Part shown: in pieces, positions 40,912 to 51,730 of the stretch
How positions within the stretch are numbered: position 1 is the first letter of the stretch
How the letters are laid out: every line of letters starts with the position of its first letter
Position numbers and translations under genes: made by a program
DNA from: Alphaproteobacteria bacterium
Lineage (GTDB): Bacteria > Pseudomonadota > Alphaproteobacteria > MPNO01
Assembly (NCBI GenBank): GCA_964291675.2
Contig: OZ219865.1
Location: forward strand, 128,001-192,000
Length of the DNA stretch: 64,000 bases
Direction of reading: 5' to 3'
Notes under the pieces: model-generated
Told to the model about the DNA's origin: nothing
What the model saw: the letters and a program-made list of their open reading frames with translations, nothing else
Database searches by the model: none

Positions 40912-42206
40912 CGCGCCATTCCCTCGTCGCGCAGCCGCGCTGCGGCGCGCAACAGATACCCGTCCCTGCCCGGCGCCGCCACAAGCTGGACGCCGAGCGG
41001 GAACGGCTCGCCCGGCACCGGGACCGAGAGCGCCGGGTAGCCGAGGAAGGAGAACGGCGCGGTGTAGCGCCCGAGCGTGCCGCGCACCGGCACCGTCTCG
41101 CCGTCGATCTCGATCTGCGACTGTCCGATCCGGGTCGGCGGGAACGGCGTCGTCGGGGTCGCCAATATGTCGATCTCGTCGAAAATCGCCCGCATGGTCT
41201 CGCCGTAGCGCCGGCGGAATTGCTGCGCCCGCGCCACCCAGACATGCGGAATCGCCGCCGCCGCGATCCAGCGCGCGCGGGTGAAGCGGTCGAACTCGCC
41301 GATCCGGTCCCCGATCTCCTCGAAATGGAGCGTCGCCGCCTCCGCCGAGGTGATCAGCAGCGACGCCGCGACCGCCCGGTCGCTGTCGGCGATCTCGACG
41401 CTCCGTTCCGCGTCCAGGCAGTGGGCGGCGCGGCGGACCGCGGCGAAGACCTCCGGCACCCCGCCGCTCGCGAAATGGCCGTCCGCGACGGCGATGCGGA
41501 GGCCGTCGAGCGGGGCGCCGAGCTGCGGCGCGAGCGGCTCGGTCCGTTCCGTGCCCGCCGCCGGGTCGCGCGAATCGGGCCCCTGGATCGCATCGAGCGC
41601 CGCGGCGGCGTCTTCCGGCGATTCCGCGAGCACGCCGACATGGTCGAAGCTCCAGGCTAGCGGGGCCGTGCCGGCGCGCGAGACCCGTCCGAAGGTGGGC
41701 TTGAAGCCCCAGACCCCGCAAAGCGCCGCCGGCACCCGCACCGAGCCGTTGGTGTCCGAGCCGAGCGCGAACGGCACCATGCCGGCCGCGACCGCGGCGG
41801 CCGAGCCGCCCGACGAGCCGCCGGCGATGAAACCGGGGTCGCGCGGGTTCCCGACCGCGCCGTAATGCGCGTTCTCGCCGGTAAAGCCGTAGGCGAACTC
41901 GTCCATGTGGGTGGTGCCCACGAGGATCGCCCCGGCCTCCTTCAGCCGGGCGACCGCCGTCGCGTCCTCCGCGGCCGGCGGAGCGTCGGCGCGGACCTTC
42001 GAGCCCGCGCGGGTCGGCCGCCCGGCGATGTCGAACAGCTCCTTGGCCGCGAACACGCGACCGGCGAGCGGGCCGTCCCGCCCCGGCCGGCGGGCGGCGG
42101 CGATCGCCTCCTCGCCGAGGATTTCGGCGAAGGCGTTGATCCGCGGATTCTCCCGCCCGATCCGTTCCAGCGCCCGGGCGACGGCGCTCTCGGCCGCGCC
42201 CGTCAA
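40908..42206 (-). CDS. AtzE-family amidase (amidase signature)
   Basis: K(E)LFDIAG, MDEFAYGFTGENAHYG, GGSSGGS, GSDTNGSVRVPA; probable TTG start. Confidence 0.88.
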   Translation of the reverse strand: MTGAAESAVARALERIGRENPRINAFAEILGEEAIAAARRPGRDGPLAGRVFAAKELFDIAGRPTRAGSKVRADAPPAAEDATAVARLKEAGAILVGTTHMDEFAYGFTGENAHYGAVGNPRDPGFIAGGSSGGSAAAVAAGMVPFALGSDTNGSVRVPAALCGVWGFKPTFGRVSRAGTAPLAWSFDHVGVLAESPEDAAAALDAIQGPDSRDPAAGTERTEPLAPQLGAPLDGLRIAVADGHFASGGVPEVFAAVRRAAHCLDAERSVEIADSDRAVAASLLITSAEAATLHFEEIGDRIGEFDRFTRARWIAAAAIPHVWVARAQQFRRRYGETMRAIFDEIDILATPTTPFPPTRIGQSQIEIDGETVPVRGTLGRYTAPFSFLGYPALSVPVPGEPFPLGVQLVAAPGRDGYLLRAAARLRDEGMAR

Positions 42207-42382
42207 GGCCGGTAGACCGCCGGCGGGTCGGGGGATTCGGGCGGCTCGAACCCGTCGATGCGCTCGTACAGCGCCATGAACTGGGCGAAGTTCGCGGCGA
42301 CGCCAGGGCGCAGCGCGGGGTCGATCGCGATCCCCAGCACCGCGGCCGCCCGGTCGACGAAGGCTTCGGCGTCCTTCTCCAT
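42203..42382 (-). CDS. AtzG/HpxX-like small amidase partner (DUF4089)
   Basis: AAAVLGIAIDPALRPGVAANF...PAVYRP; coupled to the amidase start. Confidence 0.75.
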   Translation of the reverse strand: MEKDAEAFVDRAAAVLGIAIDPALRPGVAANFAQFMALYERIDGFEPPESPDPPAVYRP

Positions 42383-42541
42383 GGCTTGCCTTTCCGGTGA
42401 TTGCAGGCAACCTACACGAGCCCCGTTCGGCATGACAACGCACCGCGACCTCCTGCGTCAGTTCCCCGCTCCGCCGAGCTCCGCACGACCCCGCCCGCGT
42501 TTCGGTATTGATTTGGTATGGATTCGGCGCCATTTAAGGTC

Positions 42542-42805
42542 ATGGAATTCGAGTTCGATCCGGAGAAGAGCGCGACGAATAAGGACAAGCACGGAATCGA
42601 CTTCGATGACGCGCAGCCCCTTTGGGACGATCCGTGGCTGCTCGAAGTGCCGGCGCGCACGGTGGACGAGCCCCGCTTCATCGTCATCGGAAGGATCGGG
42701 AGCCGGCACTGGTCGGCGATTTGCACCCGCCGCGGCGAACGCATTCGGATCATCTCGGTCCGCCGCGCCCGCAAGGAGGAGGTTGAGCGCTATGAAGGGA
42801 CATGA
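42542..42805 (+). CDS. BrnT-family toxin
   Basis: MEFEFDPEKSATNKDKHGIDF, RIRIISVRRARKEE. Confidence 0.9.
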   Translation: MEFEFDPEKSATNKDKHGIDFDDAQPLWDDPWLLEVPARTVDEPRFIVIGRIGSRHWSAICTRRGERIRIISVRRARKEEVERYEGT

Positions 42806-43016
42806 GTTGGACCGGGCCTTCGACGGCGGGGAAGACGTGAGCCGGCACGTCGACTGGTCGCGGGCGCGGCGGGTCAACCTTGAGGCCAGGCGCGTCAACG
42901 TGGATTTCCCGGCCTGGGTTGTCGCCGCCCTGGACCGGCAGGCCAGAATTCACGGCGTCCCGCGGCAATCGCTCATCAAGCTCTGGATCGCCGAACGGCT
43001 GAAGCAGATGGACTGA
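42792..43016 (+). CDS. BrnA/CopG-family antitoxin
   Basis: FDGGEDV, RRVNVDFPAWVVAALDRQA--GVPRQSLIKLWIAERL. Confidence 0.85.
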   Translation: MKGHELDRAFDGGEDVSRHVDWSRARRVNLEARRVNVDFPAWVVAALDRQARIHGVPRQSLIKLWIAERLKQMD

Positions 43017-43080
43017 CGGGCGGCACGATTGCCCGGTTCGGCGGTTTCTTGCAGACTCGCGCCGACCGTCGGAGGACGCC

Positions 43081-44421
43081 ATGCCGGTACCGCAATCGGT
43101 CGCGACCAGCCGACTGCCGCTCGATCCCGCACGCCGCGATGCCGTGGAGCGCGCCGCCGCCGCGCTGGATGCGCGCTGGATGCAGGATCTGCTGGTGCGG
43201 CTGGTCGAGACCCCGAGCCCGTTCGGCGAGGAGCGCGCGATCGCCGAGCTGCTGGCGGGCGAGATGGACGGGATCGGGCTGGAGGCGGAGGTGCAGGCGC
43301 TCGATGCGCGCTCGGCCAACGCGATCGGCCGCCGCCGCGGCGCGCAAGACGGGCCCGAGCTGCTCCTGTTCGCGCCGCTCGACAGCCCGTTCACCGGCCG
43401 GGCGGAGGACGAAACCCCCTGGGTCGGCGACACCCTGCCCGACCACATGGTCGCGCGCGCGATCATGGGCGACGGCATTGTGACCGGGCTCGGCGCCGAC
43501 AACCCGAAGGCCCATATTGTATCCATTATCGGCGCGATCAGGGCCGTTCTTGCGGCTGGAATCGAGCTGTCAGGCGAGATCGTGGCCGCGTTCGGCGCGG
43601 GCGGCGCGCCGGCCAATCCGCGCCCCGGCGACGACCGGCCCGTGGTCGGGCACGGGCGCGGCTGCCGGCACATGCTGGCGCACGGCCTCGACCCCGATTT
43701 CGCCGTCGTCGCCAAGCCGGGCTACGCGGTCGCCTGGGAGGAGGTCGGGCTCTGCTGGTTCCGCATCCGGGTGCGCGGCGTGCAGACCTATGTCGGGCGC
43801 AAGCACGTGCTGGCCTATCGCAACCCGATCGCCGATGCGGCGAAGATCGTCGCCGGGCTCGAAGCCTGGTTCGACGACTACGCGAGGCGCCACACCGACG
43901 GGCTGGTCGCGCCGCAGGGCGCGGTGGGCGCGATCCAGGGCGGCTGGACCTACAAGCCGTCGATGGTGCCGGCCGCCTGCGACCTCTATGTCGACATGCG
44001 GATCGGCCCGCGCACGACGCCCGGCGAGGCGAGGCGGGAGCTCGAAGCGGCGCTCGCCGGCATCGCCGCCCGGCATGACGGGCTGGAGGCCGAATGCGAG
44101 GCGATCCTCGCCATTCCCGGCGCGGGCACCGATCCGCGAAGCTGGATCATCCAGTCGGCGATCCGCGGCTACGAGGACACCGAGGCAGAGCCCCACGCGC
44201 CGTTCCTCGAGACCAGCGGCCAGACCGAGGCGGTGATATTGCGCGCCGCCGGGATACCCACCGCGCGGTTCGGCCTGCCCGCCGCGATGACCGCCGCCGC
44301 CGGCCGGCCGCGTCATTCGATGGGGCGGGTCGAGATCGCGGGAATGCTGCGCTATGCGCGCTGCCTGGTCTATGCCATCGTCGACACCTGCACGCGGTCG
44401 AGGGCGGAGGTCGGGCTGTGA
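43081..44421 (+). CDS. M20-family peptidase/deacylase-like protein
   Basis: VETPSPFGEE, GLGADNPK, CDLYVDMR; canonical metal ligands appear partly substituted. Confidence 0.7.
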   Translation: MPVPQSVATSRLPLDPARRDAVERAAAALDARWMQDLLVRLVETPSPFGEERAIAELLAGEMDGIGLEAEVQALDARSANAIGRRRGAQDGPELLLFAPLDSPFTGRAEDETPWVGDTLPDHMVARAIMGDGIVTGLGADNPKAHIVSIIGAIRAVLAAGIELSGEIVAAFGAGGAPANPRPGDDRPVVGHGRGCRHMLAHGLDPDFAVVAKPGYAVAWEEVGLCWFRIRVRGVQTYVGRKHVLAYRNPIADAAKIVAGLEAWFDDYARRHTDGLVAPQGAVGAIQGGWTYKPSMVPAACDLYVDMRIGPRTTPGEARRELEAALAGIAARHDGLEAECEAILAIPGAGTDPRSWIIQSAIRGYEDTEAEPHAPFLETSGQTEAVILRAAGIPTARFGLPAAMTAAAGRPRHSMGRVEIAGMLRYARCLVYAIVDTCTRSRAEVGL

Positions 44422-45521
44422 GCGCCGCCATGGAGGGCAACGGGCGCTGGGTGCGCTACGCGGCGGCGGCCGAAGGGCTGCCGGAATACTGGCACCCGGC
44501 GATGCCGTCGTCGAAGCTCGGGAACCGGCCGAAGGCGTGGCGGCTGCTCGGGCGCGACCTCGTCCTGCTGCGCCACGCCGGCAGGGCCTACGCGCTTGAG
44601 GACCGCTGCCCGCACCGCCACATCCCGTTGTCCAGGGGGCGCTGCGAGTTCCCCGGCACGATCACCTGCGTCTATCACGGCTGGACCTTCGACCTGGCGG
44701 ACGGGCGGCTGGTCGCCGCGCTCACCGACGGGCCCGACTCGCCGGTGCGCGGCAAGGCCCGGGTGCGGCGCTACCCCGTCGAGGAGCGCTGCGGCATGGT
44801 GTGGGTGTGGATGGGGGAGGGGTCGCCGGTGCCGGTCGAGGACGACATCCCCGACGAGCTGTTGCGCCCGGACGCCCGAATCTACGCGCTCTACCGCCAG
44901 GCCCGGGGCGACTGGCGCCACGCCGCCGAGAACGGCTTCGACGAGGCGCATGGCAAGATGCTGCACCGCAGCTCCTGGTGGGTGGCGTTCCGCCGCATGG
45001 CGGGGTGGAACGAGACCGAGATCGTGCGCGGCGAGAACGACCGCTGGCTCAGCCGCTACCAGCATTCGGTGCACGAGGACGACGACTACCCCGGGCTCGG
45101 CCGCTGGCCGCGCTTCAATTTCTGGCAGCGCCGGCGCAAGACCGTGGCGCAGGGCTCGAACGAGCACGCGGTGTCGATCCGCCTGCCGGCCAATCTCCGG
45201 GTGCGCCAGCCCGGCCGGTCCAACTGGACCCACTACGAGTGGTACACGCCGATCGAGCGCGGCCGCTATCACTATCTCGTGTTCGCGGTGGCCTGGGCGA
45301 AGGGCTGGCGCCGGGCGCTCTGGTGGCTGCGCTACTGGAGCTACATCCTCTGGGTCCACCACTACGACTTCAACAACCAGGACCTGTCGGTGGTGCCGCA
45401 TATGGGCGACAGCCACCCCGCGGCGTCCTTCCGCCCCGACGTCTCGATCGAGGCCTGGCGCAGGATGGTGGAGGAGGAGGCGCGAACCCCGGTCGCGGGA
45501 GGCAGCGCGGCCGCCGAATAG
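44418..45521 (+). CDS. Rieske oxygenase (CarAa/OxoO-like, alpha-only type)
   Basis: DRCPHR...TCVYHGWTF, AENGFDEAH, FNNQD. Confidence 0.85.
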   Translation: MSAAMEGNGRWVRYAAAAEGLPEYWHPAMPSSKLGNRPKAWRLLGRDLVLLRHAGRAYALEDRCPHRHIPLSRGRCEFPGTITCVYHGWTFDLADGRLVAALTDGPDSPVRGKARVRRYPVEERCGMVWVWMGEGSPVPVEDDIPDELLRPDARIYALYRQARGDWRHAAENGFDEAHGKMLHRSSWWVAFRRMAGWNETEIVRGENDRWLSRYQHSVHEDDDYPGLGRWPRFNFWQRRRKTVAQGSNEHAVSIRLPANLRVRQPGRSNWTHYEWYTPIERGRYHYLVFAVAWAKGWRRALWWLRYWSYILWVHHYDFNNQDLSVVPHMGDSHPAASFRPDVSIEAWRRMVEEEARTPVAGGSAAAE

Positions 45522-45543
45522 GCGGACACCCGACCACCGGCGT

Positions 45544-45966
45544 TCACGTCCCGGTCCACGGGTCGATTGCCGCGACGCCCGTGGTTTCGAAGTCGGACAG
45601 GTTGCCGGTGACGACCGTCATCCCGTGCACCAGGGCGGTGGCGGCGATCAGCGCATCGCGCTCCGACCGTGGATCGGGCACGTGCAGCCGGGCGCATTGG
45701 AGGGCCACGGCGGCATCGACAGGCAGCGTGCGTTGCAGAAACTCGGGCAGGACGTGGCGGTCCATCCAGCGCCGCAGCCGCTCCCCCTGCGCCGTGTCGC
45801 GCCGTTCGACGCGCAAGATACCGATTTCGAGCTCCATCAGCGTCAGCGCGGAAATGTAGTAGCTCTCGGCATCCTGCCCGGATATCCACGCGGCGACGCG
45901 GGTATCCGCCTTTCCGTCGCCGAGCTTTCGCAACTCCGAGACGACGTTCGTGTCGAGCAGGAACAT
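45544..45966 (-). CDS. vapC: VapC PIN-domain toxin
   Basis: MFLLDTNVVSELRK, DALIAATALVHGMTVVT. Confidence 0.92.
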   Translation of the reverse strand: MFLLDTNVVSELRKLGDGKADTRVAAWISGQDAESYYISALTLMELEIGILRVERRDTAQGERLRRWMDRHVLPEFLQRTLPVDAAVALQCARLHVPDPRSERDALIAATALVHGMTVVTGNLSDFETTGVAAIDPWTGT

Positions 45967-46220
45967 CAGGAGAGATCGGCCCGGGGACTCTGGATGCGAA
46001 GGCGCGCCGGCTCGAAATCGATATCGGCCAGCCCCGCCATGGAGAGCGACTCGGCGAGGTTGCGGCTCTTTCCCGCCAGCCGCCGGTAGTCTTCGATGCT
46101 GAGCAGCACATGCGCGGGCCTGCCCCGGTCGGTGATGATCACCGGTCCCGATTTCGCCGCCCGCTTCGCCCGCGCGAGATCCTGGTTGAGTTCGCGGCTG
46201 GTGAACGTCGTGACGGTCAT
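45966..46220 (-). CDS. Phd/YefM-family antitoxin
   Basis: SRELNQD---AKRAA--GPVIITDRGRPAHVLLSIEDY. Confidence 0.9.
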   Translation of the reverse strand: MTVTTFTSRELNQDLARAKRAAKSGPVIITDRGRPAHVLLSIEDYRRLAGKSRNLAESLSMAGLADIDFEPARLRIQSPRADLS

Positions 46221-46386
46221 GGCAAGTCCGGGCGATTCATGTAGTCACGATACTACAATCAGGCGCGGCGCGGTAGGAAACCGGAGCACATGCACCGCCG
46301 CCGCGCCGACAACGGGTTTGACAATTGCGGCCCGACGGTGGAACTTGCCGGTTCACCAAAAATCGTTGACCAGACAGGGGGACGAA

Positions 46387-47559
46387 ATGAGGTTTCGAAT
46401 TGCGCTGATCGCGCCGGCGCTGGCGCTGGCGGCGACGCCGGCCCTGGTCCAGGGCGCGGAGATCAGGATCGGCTACATCAACACCTTCTCGGGCGGCGCC
46501 GCGGTCTACGGCAAGCACCAGAAGGACGGTCTCGAACTCGCCCTCGACCACCTCGGCTGGAAGATGGGCGGTCTCGACGTGAAGATGATCTACGGCGACG
46601 ACCAGCGGAAGCCCGACGTGGGCCGCCAGCAGGCCGACAAGCTGCTCAAGAAGGACAAGGTGCATGTCGTCGCCGGCATCACCTGGTCGAACGTGCTGGC
46701 CGCGGTTCAGAAGCGGGTGATCCGGGCGAAGAAGATCCTGATCTCGACCAATGCCGGCTGGTCGGCGATGGCCGGCAAGAACTGCAGCCCGTATTTCTTC
46801 ACCACCTCGTGGAACAACGACCAGACGCCCGAGGCGATGGGCGAGCTGATGAACCAGGAGAAGCTCGACAACGTGTTCCTGATCTCGGCCAACTACCAGG
46901 CCGGCAAGGACATGCTGACCGGGTTCGAGCGGACCTACAAGGGCAAGGTCGCCAAGCGCATCCTCTACCGCCTCGGCCAGCGCGACTACCAGGCCGAGAT
47001 CTCGCAGATCCGCGCCGCCAAGCCGGCGGCGCTGTTCGGCTTCGTGCCCGGGCCCATGGGGATCGCCTTCGTCAAGCAGTACCGGGCGGCCGGGCTGCAC
47101 GAGAAGATCCCGTTCTACTCGGTGTTCACGGTCGATTACCTCACGCTCGGCGGCCACGGCAAGGCGGCGATCGGCACCTATCACACGTCATACTGGAACA
47201 ACAATTCCGACGATCCGGTGAACAAGCGGTTCATCGCCGACTTCAAGAAGAAATACGGCTATCACCCGTCGATGTTCTCCGCCCAGGCCTATGACATGCC
47301 GATGCTGGTCGACAGCGGTGTCAGGGGCGCCAAGGGGAATCCCGACGACGTGCGGGCCATGGTCGCCGAAATGGAGAAGGCGGACTTCCCGTCGACGCGC
47401 GGGAAATTCGCCTACAACACCAACCATATTCCGATCCAGAACTTCTACCGGCGCGAGGTTCGCGCGGATGCCGACGGCAATCCGGTGATCGTGACCACCG
47501 GCGTGGTCAAGGAGAACCACAAGGATTCCTACTACAAGCAGTGCAAGTTCAAGTGGTAG
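46387..47559 (+). CDS. Liv-type ABC transporter substrate-binding protein
   Basis: Signal peptide, IGYINTFSG, DDQRKPDVG, NYQAGKD. Confidence 0.9.
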   Translation: MRFRIALIAPALALAATPALVQGAEIRIGYINTFSGGAAVYGKHQKDGLELALDHLGWKMGGLDVKMIYGDDQRKPDVGRQQADKLLKKDKVHVVAGITWSNVLAAVQKRVIRAKKILISTNAGWSAMAGKNCSPYFFTTSWNNDQTPEAMGELMNQEKLDNVFLISANYQAGKDMLTGFERTYKGKVAKRILYRLGQRDYQAEISQIRAAKPAALFGFVPGPMGIAFVKQYRAAGLHEKIPFYSVFTVDYLTLGGHGKAAIGTYHTSYWNNNSDDPVNKRFIADFKKKYGYHPSMFSAQAYDMPMLVDSGVRGAKGNPDDVRAMVAEMEKADFPSTRGKFAYNTNHIPIQNFYRREVRADADGNPVIVTTGVVKENHKDSYYKQCKFKW

Positions 47560-47571
47560 GCACCGGGATCG

Positions 47572-47594
47572 CGGGCGGGGCCTGACCCCGCCCG
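47572..47594 (+). terminator. Intergenic GC stem-loop after the substrate-binding protein gene
   Basis: cgggcgggg-cctga-ccccgcccg; no long U tract. Confidence 0.45.
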
Positions 47595-47646
47595 TTCCCC
47601 CGCGCACTCGGACACGCTCTCCTATCCGGCCGATCCAGCTTTTCGC

Positions 47647-48570
47647 ATGACTTGGCTCCTGCTCATCGAGCAGACGTTGAACGGCGCTCAGTTCGGCGTC
47701 TTCCTGTTCCTGGTATCCGCCGGGCTGACGCTGGTGCTCGGCATCATGAACGTCGTCAACCTGGCGCACGGCTCGCTGTTCATGCTGGGCGCCTACTACG
47801 CGGCGACCTTTTTCGGCCTGACCGGCAGCTTCCTGCTGGCGCTGGTCATCATGGTGCCGCTGGCGCTGATCAGCGGCATCGTCATCGAGGTGGTGGCGCT
47901 CCGGACCATGTACGACCGCGACCACATGGACCAGGTGCTGGCGACCTTCGGGCTGATCCTGTTCTTCAACGAGTCGGTCCGCCTGGTGTGGGGGCCCGAG
48001 AGCCAGCCGATGCCGGTGCCGGGCTTCCTCGACGGCAGCGTCGAAATCTTGCCGGAGACGCCCTATCCGGTGTTCCGGATCGTGATAATCCTGGTCGGGC
48101 TGGCGATCGGCGCCGCGCTCTACTTCCTGATCTCCCGGACCAAGATGGGCATGCTGATCCGCGCCGGCGCGAGCAACCGGGCGATGGTGGGCGCGCTCGG
48201 CGTCAATATCCGCCTGCTCTACACGCTCGTCTTCGGCCTCGGCGCGATCCTCGCCGGGATCGCCGGAATGATGGCCGGGCCGATCCAGTCGGTCGAGCCC
48301 GGCATGGGCGAGGACATGCTGATCCTCGCCTTCGTGGTGATCGTGATCGGCGGCATCGGCTCGATCCGGGGCGCCGTCATCGCCTCGGTGCTGATCGGCA
48401 TCGTCGAGGTGGTGGGGCGCTCCATCCTGCCGTTTGCGATGTCCAACTTCATGGGCGAGGACGCCGCCCAGACCGCGGGCCCCGCGGTCGCCTCGATGCT
48501 GATCTACGTGCTGATGGCCGCCGTGCTGTTCTTCAAGCCGGCCGGGCTGTTCCCGGCGCAATCGGGATGA
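47647..48570 (+). CDS. Liv-type ABC permease (LivH-like)
   Basis: GLTLVLGIMNVVNLAHGS, GGIGSIRGA. Confidence 0.92.
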   Translation: MTWLLLIEQTLNGAQFGVFLFLVSAGLTLVLGIMNVVNLAHGSLFMLGAYYAATFFGLTGSFLLALVIMVPLALISGIVIEVVALRTMYDRDHMDQVLATFGLILFFNESVRLVWGPESQPMPVPGFLDGSVEILPETPYPVFRIVIILVGLAIGAALYFLISRTKMGMLIRAGASNRAMVGALGVNIRLLYTLVFGLGAILAGIAGMMAGPIQSVEPGMGEDMLILAFVVIVIGGIGSIRGAVIASVLIGIVEVVGRSILPFAMSNFMGEDAAQTAGPAVASMLIYVLMAAVLFFKPAGLFPAQSG

Positions 48571-48574
48571 GCCG

Positions 48575-49543
48575 ATGATCGACCGCATCAAGCTCGCCTT
48601 CCTGATCGCCGGCATCGTCGTCTGCGCCCTGGTGCCGCCCGTCGCCGGCGCGACCGGGGACGATTTCTATGTCTCGCTGTTCGCCCGCATCATGATCTTT
48701 GCCATCGCAGCGGTGAGCCTCGACCTGATCCTCGGCTTCGGCGGGATGATCAGCTTCGGCCACGCCGCCTATCTCGGGCTCGGCGCCTACGCGGTCGGCA
48801 TCTTCTCGTATTACGGCATCAATAACGGCTTCCTCCAGTTCTTCGTCGCCATCGTGGGCTCCGCCCTGGTCGCGCTGGTCATCGGGGCGATCTGCCTGAG
48901 GACGCGCGGGATCTATTTCATCATGATCACGCTCGCGCTTACCCAGATGCTGTACTTCCTCGGCATCAGCCTGGAGGAGTATGGCGGCGACGACGGGCTG
49001 AACACCGACCGCAGCGAGTTCTTCGCCTGGTTCGACCTCTACGAGGAGGTCAATCTCTACTACCTGATCCTCGGCTTCCTGATCCTCTGCGTGTTCGTCA
49101 TGCACCGGGTGATCAACTCGCGCTTCGGCATGGTGGTGCGCGGCTGCCACGCCAACGAGGACCGGATGCAGGCGATCGGCTTCCCGACCTTCCGCTACAA
49201 GCTCGCCGCCTTCGTGATCTCGGGCACGATGTGCGGCATCGCCGGCGCCCTGCTCGCCAACCTCACCGAGTTCGTGACGCCCGAGTTCATGCACTGGTTC
49301 CGCTCGGGCGAGATCATGATCATGGTGCTGGTGGGCGGCATGGGCTCGCTGTTCGGCCCCGCCTTCGGGGCGGCGGCCTATCTCCTGTTCGAGGAATGGG
49401 TGCCCGATCTGATGGAGGCCGTGGCCACCGGCACCGGCCAGAACTGGCACTTCATCTTCGGCCCGCTGCTGGTGATCCTGGTGCTGTTCGCCAAGCAGGG
49501 GCTGTGGGGGCTGATCCCCGACCGCAGCCGGCGCGATGGCTGA
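48575..49543 (+). CDS. Liv-type ABC permease (LivM-like)
   Basis: SLDLILGFGGMISFGHAAY, YFIMITLA, GGMGSLFGP. Confidence 0.92.
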   Translation: MIDRIKLAFLIAGIVVCALVPPVAGATGDDFYVSLFARIMIFAIAAVSLDLILGFGGMISFGHAAYLGLGAYAVGIFSYYGINNGFLQFFVAIVGSALVALVIGAICLRTRGIYFIMITLALTQMLYFLGISLEEYGGDDGLNTDRSEFFAWFDLYEEVNLYYLILGFLILCVFVMHRVINSRFGMVVRGCHANEDRMQAIGFPTFRYKLAAFVISGTMCGIAGALLANLTEFVTPEFMHWFRSGEIMIMVLVGGMGSLFGPAFGAAAYLLFEEWVPDLMEAVATGTGQNWHFIFGPLLVILVLFAKQGLWGLIPDRSRRDG

Positions 49544-50289
49544 TCCCATCCTCAGGGTCGAGGGGCTCAACAAGAGCTTCGGCGGCGTCGTCGCCACGCA
49601 CAATCTCGACTTCGAGGTCGAGCCGGGCGAGATCCACGCGGTGATCGGCCCCAACGGCGCCGGCAAGACGACCCTCGTCGCCCAGCTCTCCGGCATGCTC
49701 AAGCCGGATAGCGGGCGTATCGTGTTCGACGGCAACGACGTGACCGAGCTGTCGGCGCCGGCGCGCTCGCATGCCGGGCTCGCCCGGTCGTTCCAGATCA
49801 CCAGCGTGTTCCGCAGCTTCACCGCGCTGCAGAACGTGGCGCTGTCGATCCAGGCGCATTCCGGGCACAGCTTCCGCATGTGGAAGCCGGCCGCCACCGA
49901 TGCGGCGCTCAACGACCCGGCGCGGGACATCCTGGAACAGGTCGGGCTCGGCGCGCGCGCCGACATCCTCGCCGCCAACCTCGCCCATGGCGAGCAGCGC
50001 CAGCTCGAGATCGCCATGGCGCTCGCCACCCGCCCCAAGCTGCTGCTGCTCGACGAGCCGACGGCCGGCATGGGGCCGGAGGACACCCAGCGCATCACCG
50101 AATTCCTCGCCGGGCTCAAGGGCACCTATTCGATGCTGCTGATCGAGCACGACATGGATACCGTGTTCGCCCTCGCCGACCGCATCACCGTGCTGGTCTA
50201 CGGCCGGGCGATCGCCACCGGCACGCCGCAGGCGATCCGCGCCAATGACGAGGTCAGGGCCGCCTATCTCGGCGAGGAGGAGGCGGAAA

Positions 50290-50297
<8 letters not shown>
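49536..50297 (+). CDS. Liv-type ABC ATPase (LivG-like)
   Basis: GPNGAGKTT, ARSFQ, LLDEPTAG, IEHD. Confidence 0.93.
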
Positions 50298-50991
<694 letters not shown>

Positions 50992-50995
50992 GCCC

Positions 50996-51490
50996 TCAGG
51001 CCGCGCGGCAGTTCGGGCAGAGCCCGCTGATCTCCACCGTATGGTCGCGGCAGACGAAGCCCTCGGCCGCCGCGCCGCGCTCGATCGCGCGCTCGATGTC
51101 GGGGTCGTTGAGCTCGGCCGCCGTGCCGCAGGCGGTGCACAGCAGGAACTGCCCGGCACCCCGATGGCCGGGGCGGGAGCAGCCGACGAAGGCGTTCAGC
51201 GACGACAGCCGGTGCACCAGCCCCTGGGTGAGCAGGAACTCCAGCGCGCGATAGACCGTGGGCGGGGCGGGAGAATGCCCCTCGCCGGAAAGCACTTCCA
51301 GAATGGCGTAGGCGCCGAGCGGACGGTGGCCCTGCCAGATGATTTCCAGCACCCGCCGGCGCACCGGCGTGAGCCGCACCCCGCGCTCGCTGCACACCGC
51401 GATCGCATCCTCCAGCGCGGTCGCCACGCAATCGCCGTGGTCGTGCTGGTCGGGAAGGAACCCGCCATTCCGCTCGTGCAGGCTGTTCAT
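50996..51490 (-). CDS. zur: Zinc uptake regulator (Fur family)
   Basis: HDH-DC N-terminus, RLTPVRRRVLE, PPTVYRALEFL, LLCTACG and GLCPNC. Confidence 0.85.
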   Translation of the reverse strand: MNSLHERNGGFLPDQHDHGDCVATALEDAIAVCSERGVRLTPVRRRVLEIIWQGHRPLGAYAILEVLSGEGHSPAPPTVYRALEFLLTQGLVHRLSSLNAFVGCSRPGHRGAGQFLLCTACGTAAELNDPDIERAIERGAAAEGFVCRDHTVEISGLCPNCRAA

Positions 51491-51623
51491 GACACTCGGT
51501 CTCCGGTGTCGACCGGTCCGGCGGCGCGCCCGGGCGGCTAGCCTACACCACCGCGCTGCCCCGGGCGAGCCGGCTGGCGCTCCGATGCGTCCGCCCGCCC
51601 GGGTTGCGGTTGCCGACTGGTTC

Positions 51624-51662
51624 GTATTGTTATAATATATCTGTAAGGTTATCATATTGCTA
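51624..51662. promoter_or_regulatory. Tandem putative Zur boxes
   Basis: TGTTATAATATATC and GGTTATCATATTGC resemble TGTTATA-TATAACA and lie in an AT-rich patch between zur and the uptake genes. Confidence 0.65.
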
Positions 51663-51730
51663 TTCGACACGCTGGCGCTGCTGCGCACGGGCAGGCCCGC
51701 AACGGGAAATTTGGCTTGGAGGAGAGTGCA

